A DNA stretch of 64,000 nt. Source: an uncultured Bdellovibrionales bacterium. Lineage in GTDB: Bacteria; Pseudomonadota; Alphaproteobacteria; Micavibrionales; GCA-2720935. The notes beneath the pieces are model-generated. The model did no database searches. It was given only the letters and a program-made list of their open reading frames with translations, and was not told where the DNA came from. Where the stretch lies: assembly GCA_964351525.1 (NCBI GenBank), contig CAYGOD010000001.1, forward strand, positions 78,534 to 142,533, given 5' to 3'. Below are positions 9,572 through 19,036 of the stretch, one piece after another. The position numbers and the translations under genes are program-made. Every line of letters begins with the position of its first letter. The stretch's first letter is position 1.

Positions 9572-11170
9572 TCAGAAACCAAAGGTTTCTTTTTGTTCAG
9601 ACCATGAAAGCGGTATGTTGCCCAACATCAAGCGGGCAAGGATAAGGGTATCAGGCTGACGTCCTTCTAAAATGGCGGTCTGAATTTCTGGCGCAAGGAA
9701 AATAAGGTTATAAATTTGGCGTACATAGCCTCGGCGCATATTTTCAGAATCTGCAACTTCTTTAAATGAATTCACTTCACCACTTTTAAGCATGCGATTC
9801 CACTTATGGGCGCGAATAAGCGCTTTGATTAGCGCAGGATCTTTTTTGGTTGTCGTAGGCTTTAGGTCTTTGCCGTTTTCATCAAGTATAAGTTTTTTAC
9901 CGCCATACTTTCTAAATCCTGCAGGCAGATCATATTCTTGTAATGGGCCCTGAGCTGTTTTGATAACTATGCGGATTTTATCTGTAAAAATAACAACTTT
10001 TTCAATCAGCCCCTTTAAAACGGCACGTTTATCCAAATAGGTTTTGTCGTTCCAATTCTTCAATAATATTTTCTGCTCCTCATCCTCTATGTTTTTGTTC
10101 AGCTGATCCAATACAACGGCTTCGAGATCTTTTTGCGGGACGCGTGGGACGTCTGCTTTTTGCGCTCCTTCTTTAATAGCAACTTGGCTGATGTAATAAT
10201 GGTGATAGCACCGTGTTCCATCTTTGAGCTTTTTACCACTATAGCCTGGTGAATAAGCTCGACCTTCAACATCAAAGACCATTCCCTTTAATAGAATGTG
10301 TGATCTATGATGATTACTCTCTTTTTTAGTGTTGTTTTTTGAAAGCTTGGTTTGAACAGCATCCCACAATTCTTGATCGATGATAGCCTCATGCAAGCCA
10401 TCATATAATGTGCCCTTGTGATGTGTTTTACCGAGCAAAAGCGGATTATTAAGAAGCTTTGATAAATAGCCGCGATCAAAATAGCTTCCACCACGTTTAT
10501 GTCCTTTTTCAGTTGTCCAACGTTTATTGATAATGCCTTGCTCGCGCAAATGATCAATGAACGTAATGATAGATTTAGCCTTTAAATAACCGTCAAATAT
10601 ATAGCGTACTTGTTTGGCTTCGGGTTCGTTAATAACGAGGTGGCGATTTTTAATGTCATAGCCCAGCGGCGGCGTGCCGCCCATCCACATACCCTTCTTT
10701 TTACTAGCCTCGATTTTATCGCGGATACGTTCGCTTGTGACTTCCCGTTCAAACTGAGCAAAAGACAAAAGCATATTGAGCGTCAATCGCCCCATCGAAT
10801 CTTTAGTGTTAAAACTCTGCGTGACAGACACAAAGGTCACGCCATGTTCGTCAAACAGTTCAACCAGTTTGGCAAAATCATGTAAGGACCGAGATAGCCG
10901 ATCAACCTTATAAACGACTACTACGTCAATCAATTTTTTCTTAATATCGGCGAGCAATGCTTTCAGAGCTGGACGACCCATATTGCCACCGGAAAAGCCG
11001 CCGTCATTATACTGCTTTTTAACGACACTCCAACCTTCTGATTTTTGGCTTTTGATATATGCCTCGCCAGATTCACGCTGTGCATCGAGTGAATTAAAAT
11101 CCTGCTCCATGCCATTTTCAGATGACTTGCGGGCATAGATGGCACAGCGTATATTTTTATCATTCTTCAT
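9572..11170 (-). CDS. Large serine recombinase (resolvase/invertase N-domain + recombinase domain + zinc-ribbon region)
   Basis: Contains CAIYARKSS (catalytic Ser), LDAQRE, DGGFSG, VVVYKVDRLSRSL and SFAQFERE. The ATG at 11170 (MKNDKN…) is preferred over the GTG at 11182, because it gives the same box-to-ATG spacing as the two related genes. Confidence 0.9.
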   Translation of the reverse strand: MKNDKNIRCAIYARKSSENGMEQDFNSLDAQRESGEAYIKSQKSEGWSVVKKQYNDGGFSGGNMGRPALKALLADIKKKLIDVVVVYKVDRLSRSLHDFAKLVELFDEHGVTFVSVTQSFNTKDSMGRLTLNMLLSFAQFEREVTSERIRDKIEASKKKGMWMGGTPPLGYDIKNRHLVINEPEAKQVRYIFDGYLKAKSIITFIDHLREQGIINKRWTTEKGHKRGGSYFDRGYLSKLLNNPLLLGKTHHKGTLYDGLHEAIIDQELWDAVQTKLSKNNTKKESNHHRSHILLKGMVFDVEGRAYSPGYSGKKLKDGTRCYHHYYISQVAIKEGAQKADVPRVPQKDLEAVVLDQLNKNIEDEEQKILLKNWNDKTYLDKRAVLKGLIEKVVIFTDKIRIVIKTAQGPLQEYDLPAGFRKYGGKKLILDENGKDLKPTTTKKDPALIKALIRAHKWNRMLKSGEVNSFKEVADSENMRRGYVRQIYNLIFLAPEIQTAILEGRQPDTLILARLMLGNIPLSWSEQKETFGF

Positions 11171-11180
11171 AACACCATAC

Positions 11181-11207
11181 ACGCTTCCTTTAGCGCGGAA
11201 GTCCAGT
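11181..11207 (-). promoter_or_regulatory. 27-nt conserved leader box, copy A (ACGCTT-N12-AAGTCCAGT on + strand)
   Basis: The same flanks, 27-nt length and 10-nt distance to the ATG occur at 12340-12366 and 26734-26760. Confidence 0.5.
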
Positions 11208-11220
11208 TATATTAACGAGC

Positions 11221-11895
11221 ATGGAACAAAAGAATAAAAAGCAAAAAACAGCACAAGATCTATATGATGGCCTAGTTATCATTGCCGAGAATATTTGTGC
11301 TGAAATTAAATGGGCATACGTCAATTATGAGATTCTTGACGCATGCAATCAAAAAAAGATTACCGATAAGTTTACAAACACATATTCAGGTAATGTATGG
11401 GCTGTTCTACGTAGAAGCTTGCTAAATGAAACTCTTTTAGCTTTGTCTAAAGTTATTATAGATAAAAAGAATAAACCGTCTTCTTTCCACGCCTTGCATG
11501 AGCTTTTGAAGAAAGAAGAAGTAATAGAGCTGGTAAAGTTAAATTACACGCAAGCTGAAGATGCGTTTGATGATCGTCTTCAAGACTTGTTGGAAGGCTT
11601 ATCTTCTTTAGATGAATTTTTGAAAAATCATGATGCTTTCAAAAGCTTAGCCGCCCACCGCAATAACTATCTGGTACACAGGTCACAGAAAGTTTCTAAA
11701 TCTGTCAGAAACTTTCAATGGGGAGATGAAAAAACATTAATCAGTATTGTTGCTGATATAATGCACCCTATGGAACTTATGATTTTGAATGGTGGAAACA
11801 TTTCTAATTCAACTAGGTCTGTTTACAGAGCATATGCTAAAAACTTCTGGGATAGCATCGAACCAGATGATGCAAGGTTTAAATATACAGACTAA
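11221..11895 (+). CDS. Putative HEPN-domain protein, AbiU2-like (abortive-infection family)
   Basis: All-alpha-looking 224-aa protein with an R-x5-H motif (AAH-R147-NNYLV-H153-RS) in the C-terminal half, as in HEPN Rx4-6H nucleases. The general layout is remembered from AbiU2. No search was run. Confidence 0.4.
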   Translation: MEQKNKKQKTAQDLYDGLVIIAENICAEIKWAYVNYEILDACNQKKITDKFTNTYSGNVWAVLRRSLLNETLLALSKVIIDKKNKPSSFHALHELLKKEEVIELVKLNYTQAEDAFDDRLQDLLEGLSSLDEFLKNHDAFKSLAAHRNNYLVHRSQKVSKSVRNFQWGDEKTLISIVADIMHPMELMILNGGNISNSTRSVYRAYAKNFWDSIEPDDARFKYTD

Positions 11896-12329
11896 TTTCT
11901 CTTATCTTTCCTTAAGCCAAAAAATAAGGGCCCCGACCAATGAGATCCTGTGATTTCTTTAGCAATGGTTGTAAGGCTTGTATATTCACAACCGTTATAC
12001 TCCAGCCTTTTCTTATCATGGACATAGACGATATAGGTCTGTCCATTCCATTCCCGCTTTAGGATCGTTTTTGATGGGAGTTCGTGTTTCTTGATCGGCG
12101 CTTTAACTTCACCGCTGATAAGTCGATTGAGCTTTGTACGCGTACGCGCAGGCAATCCGCCACACGCTTTTTCCTGCACATGCCACGCGATATGGCGCAT
12201 GATCAAATCACGGCTAGATGGCTTTTCTTTATTGCCAAAACAATCAGCCCAAAGCGTGTGCAACGTTTTCTTGTCAGTTGTTTTTAGCATATTTAAGTCA
12301 GATAATATATGGCCCTGCATCTTCTTCAT
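11892..12329 (-). CDS. DUF2924 domain protein (recombinase-associated)
   Basis: Contains LWADCFG…SRDLIMRHIAWHVQEKACGGL…LKREWNGQTY…YTSLTTIAKEITGSHWSGPLFFGLR, which matches the remembered DUF2924 consensus well. Confidence 0.8.
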   Translation of the reverse strand: MKKMQGHILSDLNMLKTTDKKTLHTLWADCFGNKEKPSSRDLIMRHIAWHVQEKACGGLPARTRTKLNRLISGEVKAPIKKHELPSKTILKREWNGQTYIVYVHDKKRLEYNGCEYTSLTTIAKEITGSHWSGPLFFGLRKDKRN

Positions 12330-12339
12330 GAAGACAGTA

Positions 12340-12366
12340 ACGCTTCCTTAGAGCACGAAGTCCAGT
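12340..12366 (-). promoter_or_regulatory. 27-nt conserved leader box, copy B
   Basis: Sequence ACGCTT-CCTTAGAGCACG-AAGTCCAGT, lying 10 nt from the DUF2924 ATG. Confidence 0.5.
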
Positions 12367-12396
12367 CAATTAGTCACCTAAATTAAATGATTAAGA

Positions 12397-13200
12397 TTAG
12401 TTAATTTTCACTGCAAACGGTGCAAAGACCTGCTTTCCATCAATTTGAACCTGGGCGAATAGCTTTAAATACCCCGCTTGTTCCGGTTCAATATGAAAAC
12501 GCAAGGTTGGGCCACCACGTTCGGTGTCTTCAGTTGGTTCTGCGCCCATAGGGTGAATATGCGCGATAGTTTCATAATCTTCATAAAAGCCAACCATGTG
12601 CGCAAAAGCCCCCATGACAGGCTCAAGGACGTTTACGGCTTGCCCATCTTTGGAAATACTCACAGTGCTCATAACAGATTCTCCAGCCTTTAAGTCACCC
12701 TCCAATTCAAGCTTAAAGTCATACCCTTGTGATGAAGACTCGAAGCTCACTGTTTTATCAATTGGCTCTCTGCATTCTGCCGCGCCTTTTAAATCAACAG
12801 GTACATATTGTTGGTCTGATCCTTTAAGTTGAACATCCACCCAAATACGATAAGAGCAAGTAGTTTGTGGTGTAAAATTAAAAGCATATTGCCCAGTTGA
12901 TGTTTGAGTTGGATGTTCATGGTGATAATCATTCAATTCAGGGTCAATGATTAATAGGTGAACGGGTTTTGTATGAACAACCTTAAACTGCGACACATCC
13001 ACTGGCTGTGCTTGTTTATCTTGAACAAACAAAACAAGCGCATTTTCCTCTCCAGCTTTCAATTCAGCTGGCGTGATAGGCGTGATAATAAGTTGAGCCT
13101 CTGAATGGTTATGTCCGTCATGATCGTGTCCAGGTCCTGCCCATGTGGGCTGAATAAACGCGACTAGTATAAAAATTGTAGTGAAAATATGCTTTAACAT
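12397..13200 (-). CDS. Secreted His-rich putative metal-binding protein
   Basis: Signal peptide followed by AGPGHDHDGHNH. Internal HHEHP and AHIHPMG motifs. It is the last gene of the czc-type operon and overlaps the czcD-like gene by 7 nt. Confidence 0.5.
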   Translation of the reverse strand: MLKHIFTTIFILVAFIQPTWAGPGHDHDGHNHSEAQLIITPITPAELKAGEENALVLFVQDKQAQPVDVSQFKVVHTKPVHLLIIDPELNDYHHEHPTQTSTGQYAFNFTPQTTCSYRIWVDVQLKGSDQQYVPVDLKGAAECREPIDKTVSFESSSQGYDFKLELEGDLKAGESVMSTVSISKDGQAVNVLEPVMGAFAHMVGFYEDYETIAHIHPMGAEPTEDTERGGPTLRFHIEPEQAGYLKLFAQVQIDGKQVFAPFAVKIN

Positions 13201-14114
13201 TGTTGAGTTTCCTTCCTTTGGTTATTCATTTCAAAACATTTTTGATGTTCAAATTCCAATGTTGAGTGGTCGATGGAAAAACGATCTTTGAGTATTTGTT
13301 TCAGCTCTCGCTTGACCTCATCCATTCGGCCTTGATCGTCTATCACGACATGCGCTTCTAGAGCGTTGCGATTTTCATCCAGTTGCCAGATATGAACATG
13401 GTGCACATTCTGAACGCCTGCTTGTGTTTCCATGCTTGAAATTACATCTTCAATCGCTATGCCTTTCGGCGTTCCTTCCATAAGCAAGTGAATGACTTTC
13501 GGAATCTCGTGCAGTCCGTGATATAAAACATATCCGGCAATCAACAACGTCATTGCAGCATCCGTCCAAACCCAACCATAAAGTAAAATCAGTGTTCCGG
13601 CGATAATTACGCCAACCGAGGCAAGCGCATCCGTCAAGTTATGCAGAAATGCCGCCCGCATATTCATGCTATTTTTGGATTGACTATAGGTCAAAAAGGC
13701 CGTGAACAAATCAACTACTAAAGCTATTCCAGCAACAATAACAATCGTCCATCCGGCAATGGGTTCTGGTGTAATAAAACGCATAATTGCTTCATAGCAA
13801 AGATAGAGTCCGATAATGATCAAAGTGATCAGGTTAATAAAGGCCGCTATAGTTTCGGCGCGTTTATAACCAAATGTTTTGAATTGATCCGGCGGTTTGC
13901 GGCCAATACGAATTGCAATCAAAGCAATAAGCAGAGAAGCCGCATCGCTAAAATTATGTAGGGCATCGGCAATCAACGATAAACTGCCAGAAATTATGCC
14001 GCCGATCACTTGCGCCAGTGTGAGCAGTATGTTCGCACCCACCGCCCACCATAGGCATTTTTCGCCTATTTCAGATGGATCTCCATGGTGATGATGGTGC
14101 TGTCCGTGTCCCAT
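13194..14114 (-). CDS. czcD: Cation diffusion facilitator (CDF) metal efflux transporter
   Basis: N-terminal His tract (GHGQHHHHHG) and six TM helices. CDF signature around LIADALHNFSDA and HNLTDALASVG. A C-terminal cytoplasmic domain is present. Confidence 0.85.
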   Translation of the reverse strand: MGHGQHHHHHGDPSEIGEKCLWWAVGANILLTLAQVIGGIISGSLSLIADALHNFSDAASLLIALIAIRIGRKPPDQFKTFGYKRAETIAAFINLITLIIIGLYLCYEAIMRFITPEPIAGWTIVIVAGIALVVDLFTAFLTYSQSKNSMNMRAAFLHNLTDALASVGVIIAGTLILLYGWVWTDAAMTLLIAGYVLYHGLHEIPKVIHLLMEGTPKGIAIEDVISSMETQAGVQNVHHVHIWQLDENRNALEAHVVIDDQGRMDEVKRELKQILKDRFSIDHSTLEFEHQKCFEMNNQRKETQQC

Positions 14115-14117
14115 AAT

Positions 14118-14846
14118 TTACCCTATGTATTGTGATAGTATCCAGAAAGACATTGCTATCATCATTAAATTTTCAGTTAAGGATACAAAACCAAGTGGCA
14201 CGTTGCTATTCCCACCAACACATGCACATTTTAGTTCGCGTTTATCAACATAAACCGCTTTAAAAACAGAAATTGCGCCGACCGTTCCGATAAACAGGGC
14301 TGCGGGTGCGGAAATGATAGTGAGAAATCCCGAAATCATCGCCACGCCCGCGAGTGTTTCAATGAAGGGATAAACGTAGCCATACTTGACCCACCTTTGA
14401 GCCAGAAGATCGTAATTCAAAAATTGTAAGCTAAACGCTTCTAAGTCTCTTAACTTTTGGATACCCAATACGCACATGCTAATAGCAATAAAAAGCTCAA
14501 TCATTCTAATGATATTCAGCTCACCAATGGCCCATGCCGTTGAGAGGGCCATAAGGAAAGTCGTGGCGAAAATTGCGATAATGGGTTTGTAGGTCGTGCC
14601 TTCCTGTTTTTTTCCGAAAAATTCTTTCAGATCATCATATCCACCGATACGTTCTCCATCAATGAAAGTTTGCGGCGTTGTCTTTACATCATGCTTTTGT
14701 TTAAACACATCTGTTTCTTCGCGGCTGGTCAGATGATTATCTTCAACCTCGTATCCTTGAGCTTTTAAAAGATCGAGTGATTTTAAACCATACGGGCATA
14801 TATGCTTATCCATGACCATGCGGTAGAGTTCGGCTTTTTTTGTCAT
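14118..14846 (-). CDS. Glutaredoxin-like domain fused to MauE/DoxX-type membrane domain
   Basis: The N-terminus (CPYGLK…TPQTFIDGERIGGYDDL) is glutaredoxin-like. The C-terminus has four or more TM helices and a CAC motif. The ATG at 14846 has a good SD (AAGGAGAT); the track extension to 14924 would overlap czcA. Confidence 0.6.
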   Translation of the reverse strand: MTKKAELYRMVMDKHICPYGLKSLDLLKAQGYEVEDNHLTSREETDVFKQKHDVKTTPQTFIDGERIGGYDDLKEFFGKKQEGTTYKPIIAIFATTFLMALSTAWAIGELNIIRMIELFIAISMCVLGIQKLRDLEAFSLQFLNYDLLAQRWVKYGYVYPFIETLAGVAMISGFLTIISAPAALFIGTVGAISVFKAVYVDKRELKCACVGGNSNVPLGFVSLTENLMMIAMSFWILSQYIG

Positions 14847-14865
14847 TTTAAAAAATCTCCTTTTT

Positions 14866-17800
14866 TTATAAAACGCGCTGCTTTGTTTGCTGTTCCAAAT
14901 AACTTTGTGAAGCCTTCTCGCCAAATCTCCAGAACACCAATGGTGTAACGATGAGGTTTAGAAGCGTAGAACTGAATAGACCTGAGAAGATCACGATCGC
15001 AACAGGGCTAAGAATTTCTTTTCCTGTTTCACCAGCAGCCATTACGAGTGGTGTAAGGGCAAGCAGTGCCGTTAATGCAGTCATAAGCACTGGCACAAGC
15101 CGTTCTTGTGTTCCACGTTTGAGCATTTTAAGATCAAAGCTCTCACCCTCATGTTTCATGAGGTGGAGATAATGCGAGATCATCATAATGCCGTTGCGTG
15201 ATGCAATCCCTGTGAGCGTTATAAATCCAACCATTGTAGCGATTGAAAACACGCCGCCTGTCAGATAGATACCAATCACAGCACCAATGAAGGATAGCGG
15301 AATAGCAAGCATAACTTGTAGGCTAAGGTTGATTGAACGGAAATGTGTATAGAGAGCAAGGAACATTCCCAAAAGCGAGAAAATACTCAAGATTAAGATG
15401 TTACGTTGTGCTGTTGCTTGGCTTTCAAATTGCCCGCCATAGCTAATGTAATATCCCGATGGCAGTTCCAGCTTTTCATCGAGTATCCTTTGAATATCTT
15501 CAACGACACTTACCACATCACGACCTTGCGTATTGGCTTGTACAACCATACGGCGGCTAACACCTTCGCGGTTAATCAAGTTTGGCCCTTTGGCTTCCTC
15601 AATGTCTGCAAAAAGTTGTAAGGGAACAACATTACCGCGCAGCGTTTCAAACGGGATTTTGCCAATAGCTTCTTTATCCTCCCGAGCCTCATCATTAAGG
15701 CGCAAAACAACATCAAACAAACGATTGCCATCAATGATATTGGTGACGGTTTGTCCCTGCATCGCAAGCTCCGCATGTTGCGCGGCCTCACCAATCATAA
15801 CGCCATGTTGCTTGGCTTTATCACGGTCAAAATTCACATGAATTTGCGGTATTAGAAGCTGTTGCTCCATTTGCAAGTCAGCAATACCTTCAACGCCCTG
15901 AACCAAGGTCTGTACTTCGGCGGCCTTAGTACGCAATATATTGAGATCATCACCAAAGATTTTAATGGCAATTTGTGCGCGAACACCTGAGGTAATAAAA
16001 TCAATACGGTGAGATATAGGTTGACCAATATTGATAATCACGCCGGGAATTGAGCCGAGCTTTTCACGAATATCCGAAACGATATCTTCTTTATGTCGAT
16101 CCGATGATTTTAATGTTACTTCTAACTCTGTCGAGTTTACACCAAGCGCATGCTCATCTTCTTCGGCGCGACCCGTTCTTCGTCCAGTATCCGCAACTTC
16201 GGGAATTTCATGCATAAGGTTTTCTGCCAAAATACCGAGGCGATTACTTTCCTCCAACGATGTACCCGGCGGCGATGTTACATTGATTGTAAAACTACCC
16301 TCATTAAATTCAGGCAAGAATTCGCGCCCAAATGTTGGCACAAGCATTAACGCGCCTAAAAACAAAGCCGTTACAATTGCTAAAACAGACTTAGGGCGAG
16401 GCAATGCAAAATTTAAAACCCAAGCATGTCCAGATTTTAACTTTCGGACCATCCATCCATCTTTCTCGTCCTCCATACGCTTCATTTTGGGCAGAAGATA
16501 CGAGCATAAAGCGGGCGTTACAGTAAGTGATACAAGCATTGAGGCCACAATTGCGGTGATGTAAGCCACCCCAAGAGGGATAAACACTTTTCCTTCAAGA
16601 CCGCTCATCGCAAAAAGTGGTAAGAATACCATGAACACAATTATAGTTGAAAAGACAATCGAGTTCCTGATCTCCTTCGATGCTTTGAAAACAACACTTA
16701 AAGCGGGCTCTTTGTCTTTTTTATGCCTGTTTTCTCGCAATCGCCTGAATACATTTTCAACATCAACAATTGCATCATCGACGAGTTCACCAATTGCCAC
16801 AGCAAGACCGCCAAGCGTCATGGTGTTGATACTCATCCCGAACCATTTGAAGATGATCAAGGTCACAACAATAGATAAAGGAATAGCAACAAGCGTAATT
16901 GCGGTTGTCCTGAAATTTAGCAAAAACAAAAACAATATAATCGCTACCAAAATAGATCCATCACGCAGAGCTTCGATGATGTTGTGGATAGCGTTTTTAA
17001 TGAAGTCCGCCTGTTTAAATATCTCAGGATTGAGGACTACATCTTCAGGTAGTGAATTCTTGATAGATATTAGTTCTTTTTCAATTCGGTCAGTTAAGCC
17101 AATCGTATCTGTACCCGGTTGTTTTGAGACGGCAAGTAACACACCGGGCTTACCATTAACAGACGCGTCACCACGTTTAGCGATTGGTCCAGCTAATTTC
17201 ACCTCGGCTACGTCTGCAAGAGTTAGGGCAGGCATATCAGGTGAAACCTCTTTCGCAATGACGGTTTTTTTTAAATCATCAAGAGATCGAATAAGCCCTA
17301 AATTACGAACGGAATGTTCTTTATAGGCATCCAGTAAAAAACCACCTGTGGTGTTTACATTTGCATTTTCCAATGCCTCACGCACCTGATGTAAAGTAAT
17401 GCCGTGATTAAGCATTTTTTCGGGATCAACTAGCACGTGATATTGTTTTAAATCACCACCAATCGCCGTAATTTTTGATACACCACTAATGCCTAAGAGC
17501 CTTTGTTTTACATCCCAATCAGCAATCGTTCGTAAATCGAGAGGTGGTATATCAGGGTTTTCAGATGTGATGCCAATAAACATCACTTCTCCCATAATTG
17601 ATGATACTGGCCCCATGATGGACTGAACATCTTCGGGAAGGCTCCCTGCGACTTGGTTCAATTTTTCGGCAACAATTTGTCGAGCGAGATAAATATCCAT
17701 ATCCCAGTCAAATTCAACATAGACAATCGAAAACCCAATCGATGATGACGAACGAACCGTTGTTACACCACTCGCACCATTCATGGCAGCCTCTACAGGA

Positions 17801-18000
17801 AAAGTTACAAGCGTTTCGACTTCTTCGGGGGCAAGCCCATGCGCTTCACTAATAATTGTAACTGTGGGGCGGTTTAAATCAGGAAACACGTCCACTGGAA
17901 GTGTGCGCACAACTTGAAAGCCGTAGACCGTCATGAGTGCGGCGATAGTTATCACCAAAAGGCGATAATTCAGGGCAAAACGTATAATTGTATCAAACAT
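14866..18000 (-). CDS. czcA: Heavy-metal efflux RND pump, CzcA/CusA family
   Basis: A 1044-aa protein with 12-TM RND architecture. Typical HME-RND blocks are present (AIGELVDDAIVDVEN, GVSRRMVVQAN…). Confidence 0.9.
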   Translation of the reverse strand: MFDTIIRFALNYRLLVITIAALMTVYGFQVVRTLPVDVFPDLNRPTVTIISEAHGLAPEEVETLVTFPVEAAMNGASGVTTVRSSSSIGFSIVYVEFDWDMDIYLARQIVAEKLNQVAGSLPEDVQSIMGPVSSIMGEVMFIGITSENPDIPPLDLRTIADWDVKQRLLGISGVSKITAIGGDLKQYHVLVDPEKMLNHGITLHQVREALENANVNTTGGFLLDAYKEHSVRNLGLIRSLDDLKKTVIAKEVSPDMPALTLADVAEVKLAGPIAKRGDASVNGKPGVLLAVSKQPGTDTIGLTDRIEKELISIKNSLPEDVVLNPEIFKQADFIKNAIHNIIEALRDGSILVAIILFLFLLNFRTTAITLVAIPLSIVVTLIIFKWFGMSINTMTLGGLAVAIGELVDDAIVDVENVFRRLRENRHKKDKEPALSVVFKASKEIRNSIVFSTIIVFMVFLPLFAMSGLEGKVFIPLGVAYITAIVASMLVSLTVTPALCSYLLPKMKRMEDEKDGWMVRKLKSGHAWVLNFALPRPKSVLAIVTALFLGALMLVPTFGREFLPEFNEGSFTINVTSPPGTSLEESNRLGILAENLMHEIPEVADTGRRTGRAEEDEHALGVNSTELEVTLKSSDRHKEDIVSDIREKLGSIPGVIINIGQPISHRIDFITSGVRAQIAIKIFGDDLNILRTKAAEVQTLVQGVEGIADLQMEQQLLIPQIHVNFDRDKAKQHGVMIGEAAQHAELAMQGQTVTNIIDGNRLFDVVLRLNDEAREDKEAIGKIPFETLRGNVVPLQLFADIEEAKGPNLINREGVSRRMVVQANTQGRDVVSVVEDIQRILDEKLELPSGYYISYGGQFESQATAQRNILILSIFSLLGMFLALYTHFRSINLSLQVMLAIPLSFIGAVIGIYLTGGVFSIATMVGFITLTGIASRNGIMMISHYLHLMKHEGESFDLKMLKRGTQERLVPVLMTALTALLALTPLVMAAGETGKEILSPVAIVIFSGLFSSTLLNLIVTPLVFWRFGEKASQSYLEQQTKQRVL

Positions 18001-18014
18001 ATCTAATTCCTCCC

Positions 18015-19031
18015 TTAATGCTTATGATCGCTGTTATCGTCATGGTCATGTCCATCATCATGTGCGTGACCTTCCTGCTCATCATGTGTGTCTTCTTCAT
18101 CAATGTGTTCCTGAACTCCTCCAACAGACATATATTGAAGCTGATAATTTCCATTAGTCACAACACGTTCATTTGGGAATAGACCGCTTTTAATTTCAGT
18201 GTGATGACCTGTCTTTACCCCAACTGTCACCTCGCGCTTTTCAACCCCTTGGCCTTTCATAACATATACGAAGTAAGAGCCAAGCTCACCTAAAACAGAT
18301 CGCTTTGGAACCGCCATAACTGGCGCATCCGACCCTGTGAAAATTTCCATTGTTCCTTGTAATCCGGGTTGAATATCGCGCTTTGGGGTATCAATCATGG
18401 CAAAGATTGAAAATGTACGGCTTTCAGGGTCAATAACGCGGTTAATACGCTGTATTTTACCCTCAATATGACGATCAGGTGCAATATCAAGATGCAGTTT
18501 GGCTTTCTGCCCTACCTTCAAGATTTGAATGTCTGGTGTCTCATAAGCAACACCGCGCACTAGCATTTGGGAGGCATCACCGATTTCAAGAATATCGCCA
18601 CCAGCATCAATTATATCACCTACGCCTGCGTGCAGATTAAGAACAAATCCATCAATAGGTGAGGACAAAGCAACATTGCTACTTCCAACACTAAGGGGTT
18701 CCAGCGTGGCAAGACGTTGCCCTTTTTTCACTTCTTGTCCGACCTGAACAGCAATATCAAGAATCTTACCGCCAAACCTTGGAGAGATGGATGCTTGTTT
18801 CTCAGGCAATAATTCAGTGAAGGCTAACATATCAACAGCTTGTGCAATCGATAAAAACTCAACTTTTTCCGATTGAATATCCAGATTACTCATTTGTTGA
18901 TTGGTTAAATTAAAATGGGTTGCAGGGCCTGCGCCGCCAGCAAAGGCACTTTCCCCATGGTCGTGTCCAGGACCTGCATAAGCTGGGGCAATAATTGCAA
19001 TAAAAGCTATTAATATTAAAATTTTATTCAT
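18015..19031 (-). CDS. czcB: RND periplasmic adaptor (membrane fusion protein), His-rich termini
   Basis: Signal peptide followed by AGPGHDHGES. Contains lipoyl/beta-barrel MFP blocks and a C-terminal HDEQEGHAHDDGHDHDDNSDHKH tail. Confidence 0.85.
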   Translation of the reverse strand: MNKILILIAFIAIIAPAYAGPGHDHGESAFAGGAGPATHFNLTNQQMSNLDIQSEKVEFLSIAQAVDMLAFTELLPEKQASISPRFGGKILDIAVQVGQEVKKGQRLATLEPLSVGSSNVALSSPIDGFVLNLHAGVGDIIDAGGDILEIGDASQMLVRGVAYETPDIQILKVGQKAKLHLDIAPDRHIEGKIQRINRVIDPESRTFSIFAMIDTPKRDIQPGLQGTMEIFTGSDAPVMAVPKRSVLGELGSYFVYVMKGQGVEKREVTVGVKTGHHTEIKSGLFPNERVVTNGNYQLQYMSVGGVQEHIDEEDTHDEQEGHAHDDGHDHDDNSDHKH

Positions 19032-19036
19032 GATTT

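Noticed and set aside
14951-17326. Multiple plus-strand ORFs of 66-231 aa inside czcA (e.g. 15533-15841, 16031-16564, 16631-17326)
   Set aside because: They are antisense shadow ORFs of a 1044-aa gene with clear RND motifs. Their Ser/Arg-rich composition is typical of reverse-frame artefacts. The same reasoning applies to shadow ORFs inside the kinase (3955-4482), recombinases, czcB/czcC, the IAT adhesin (53980-57774) and other long genes.
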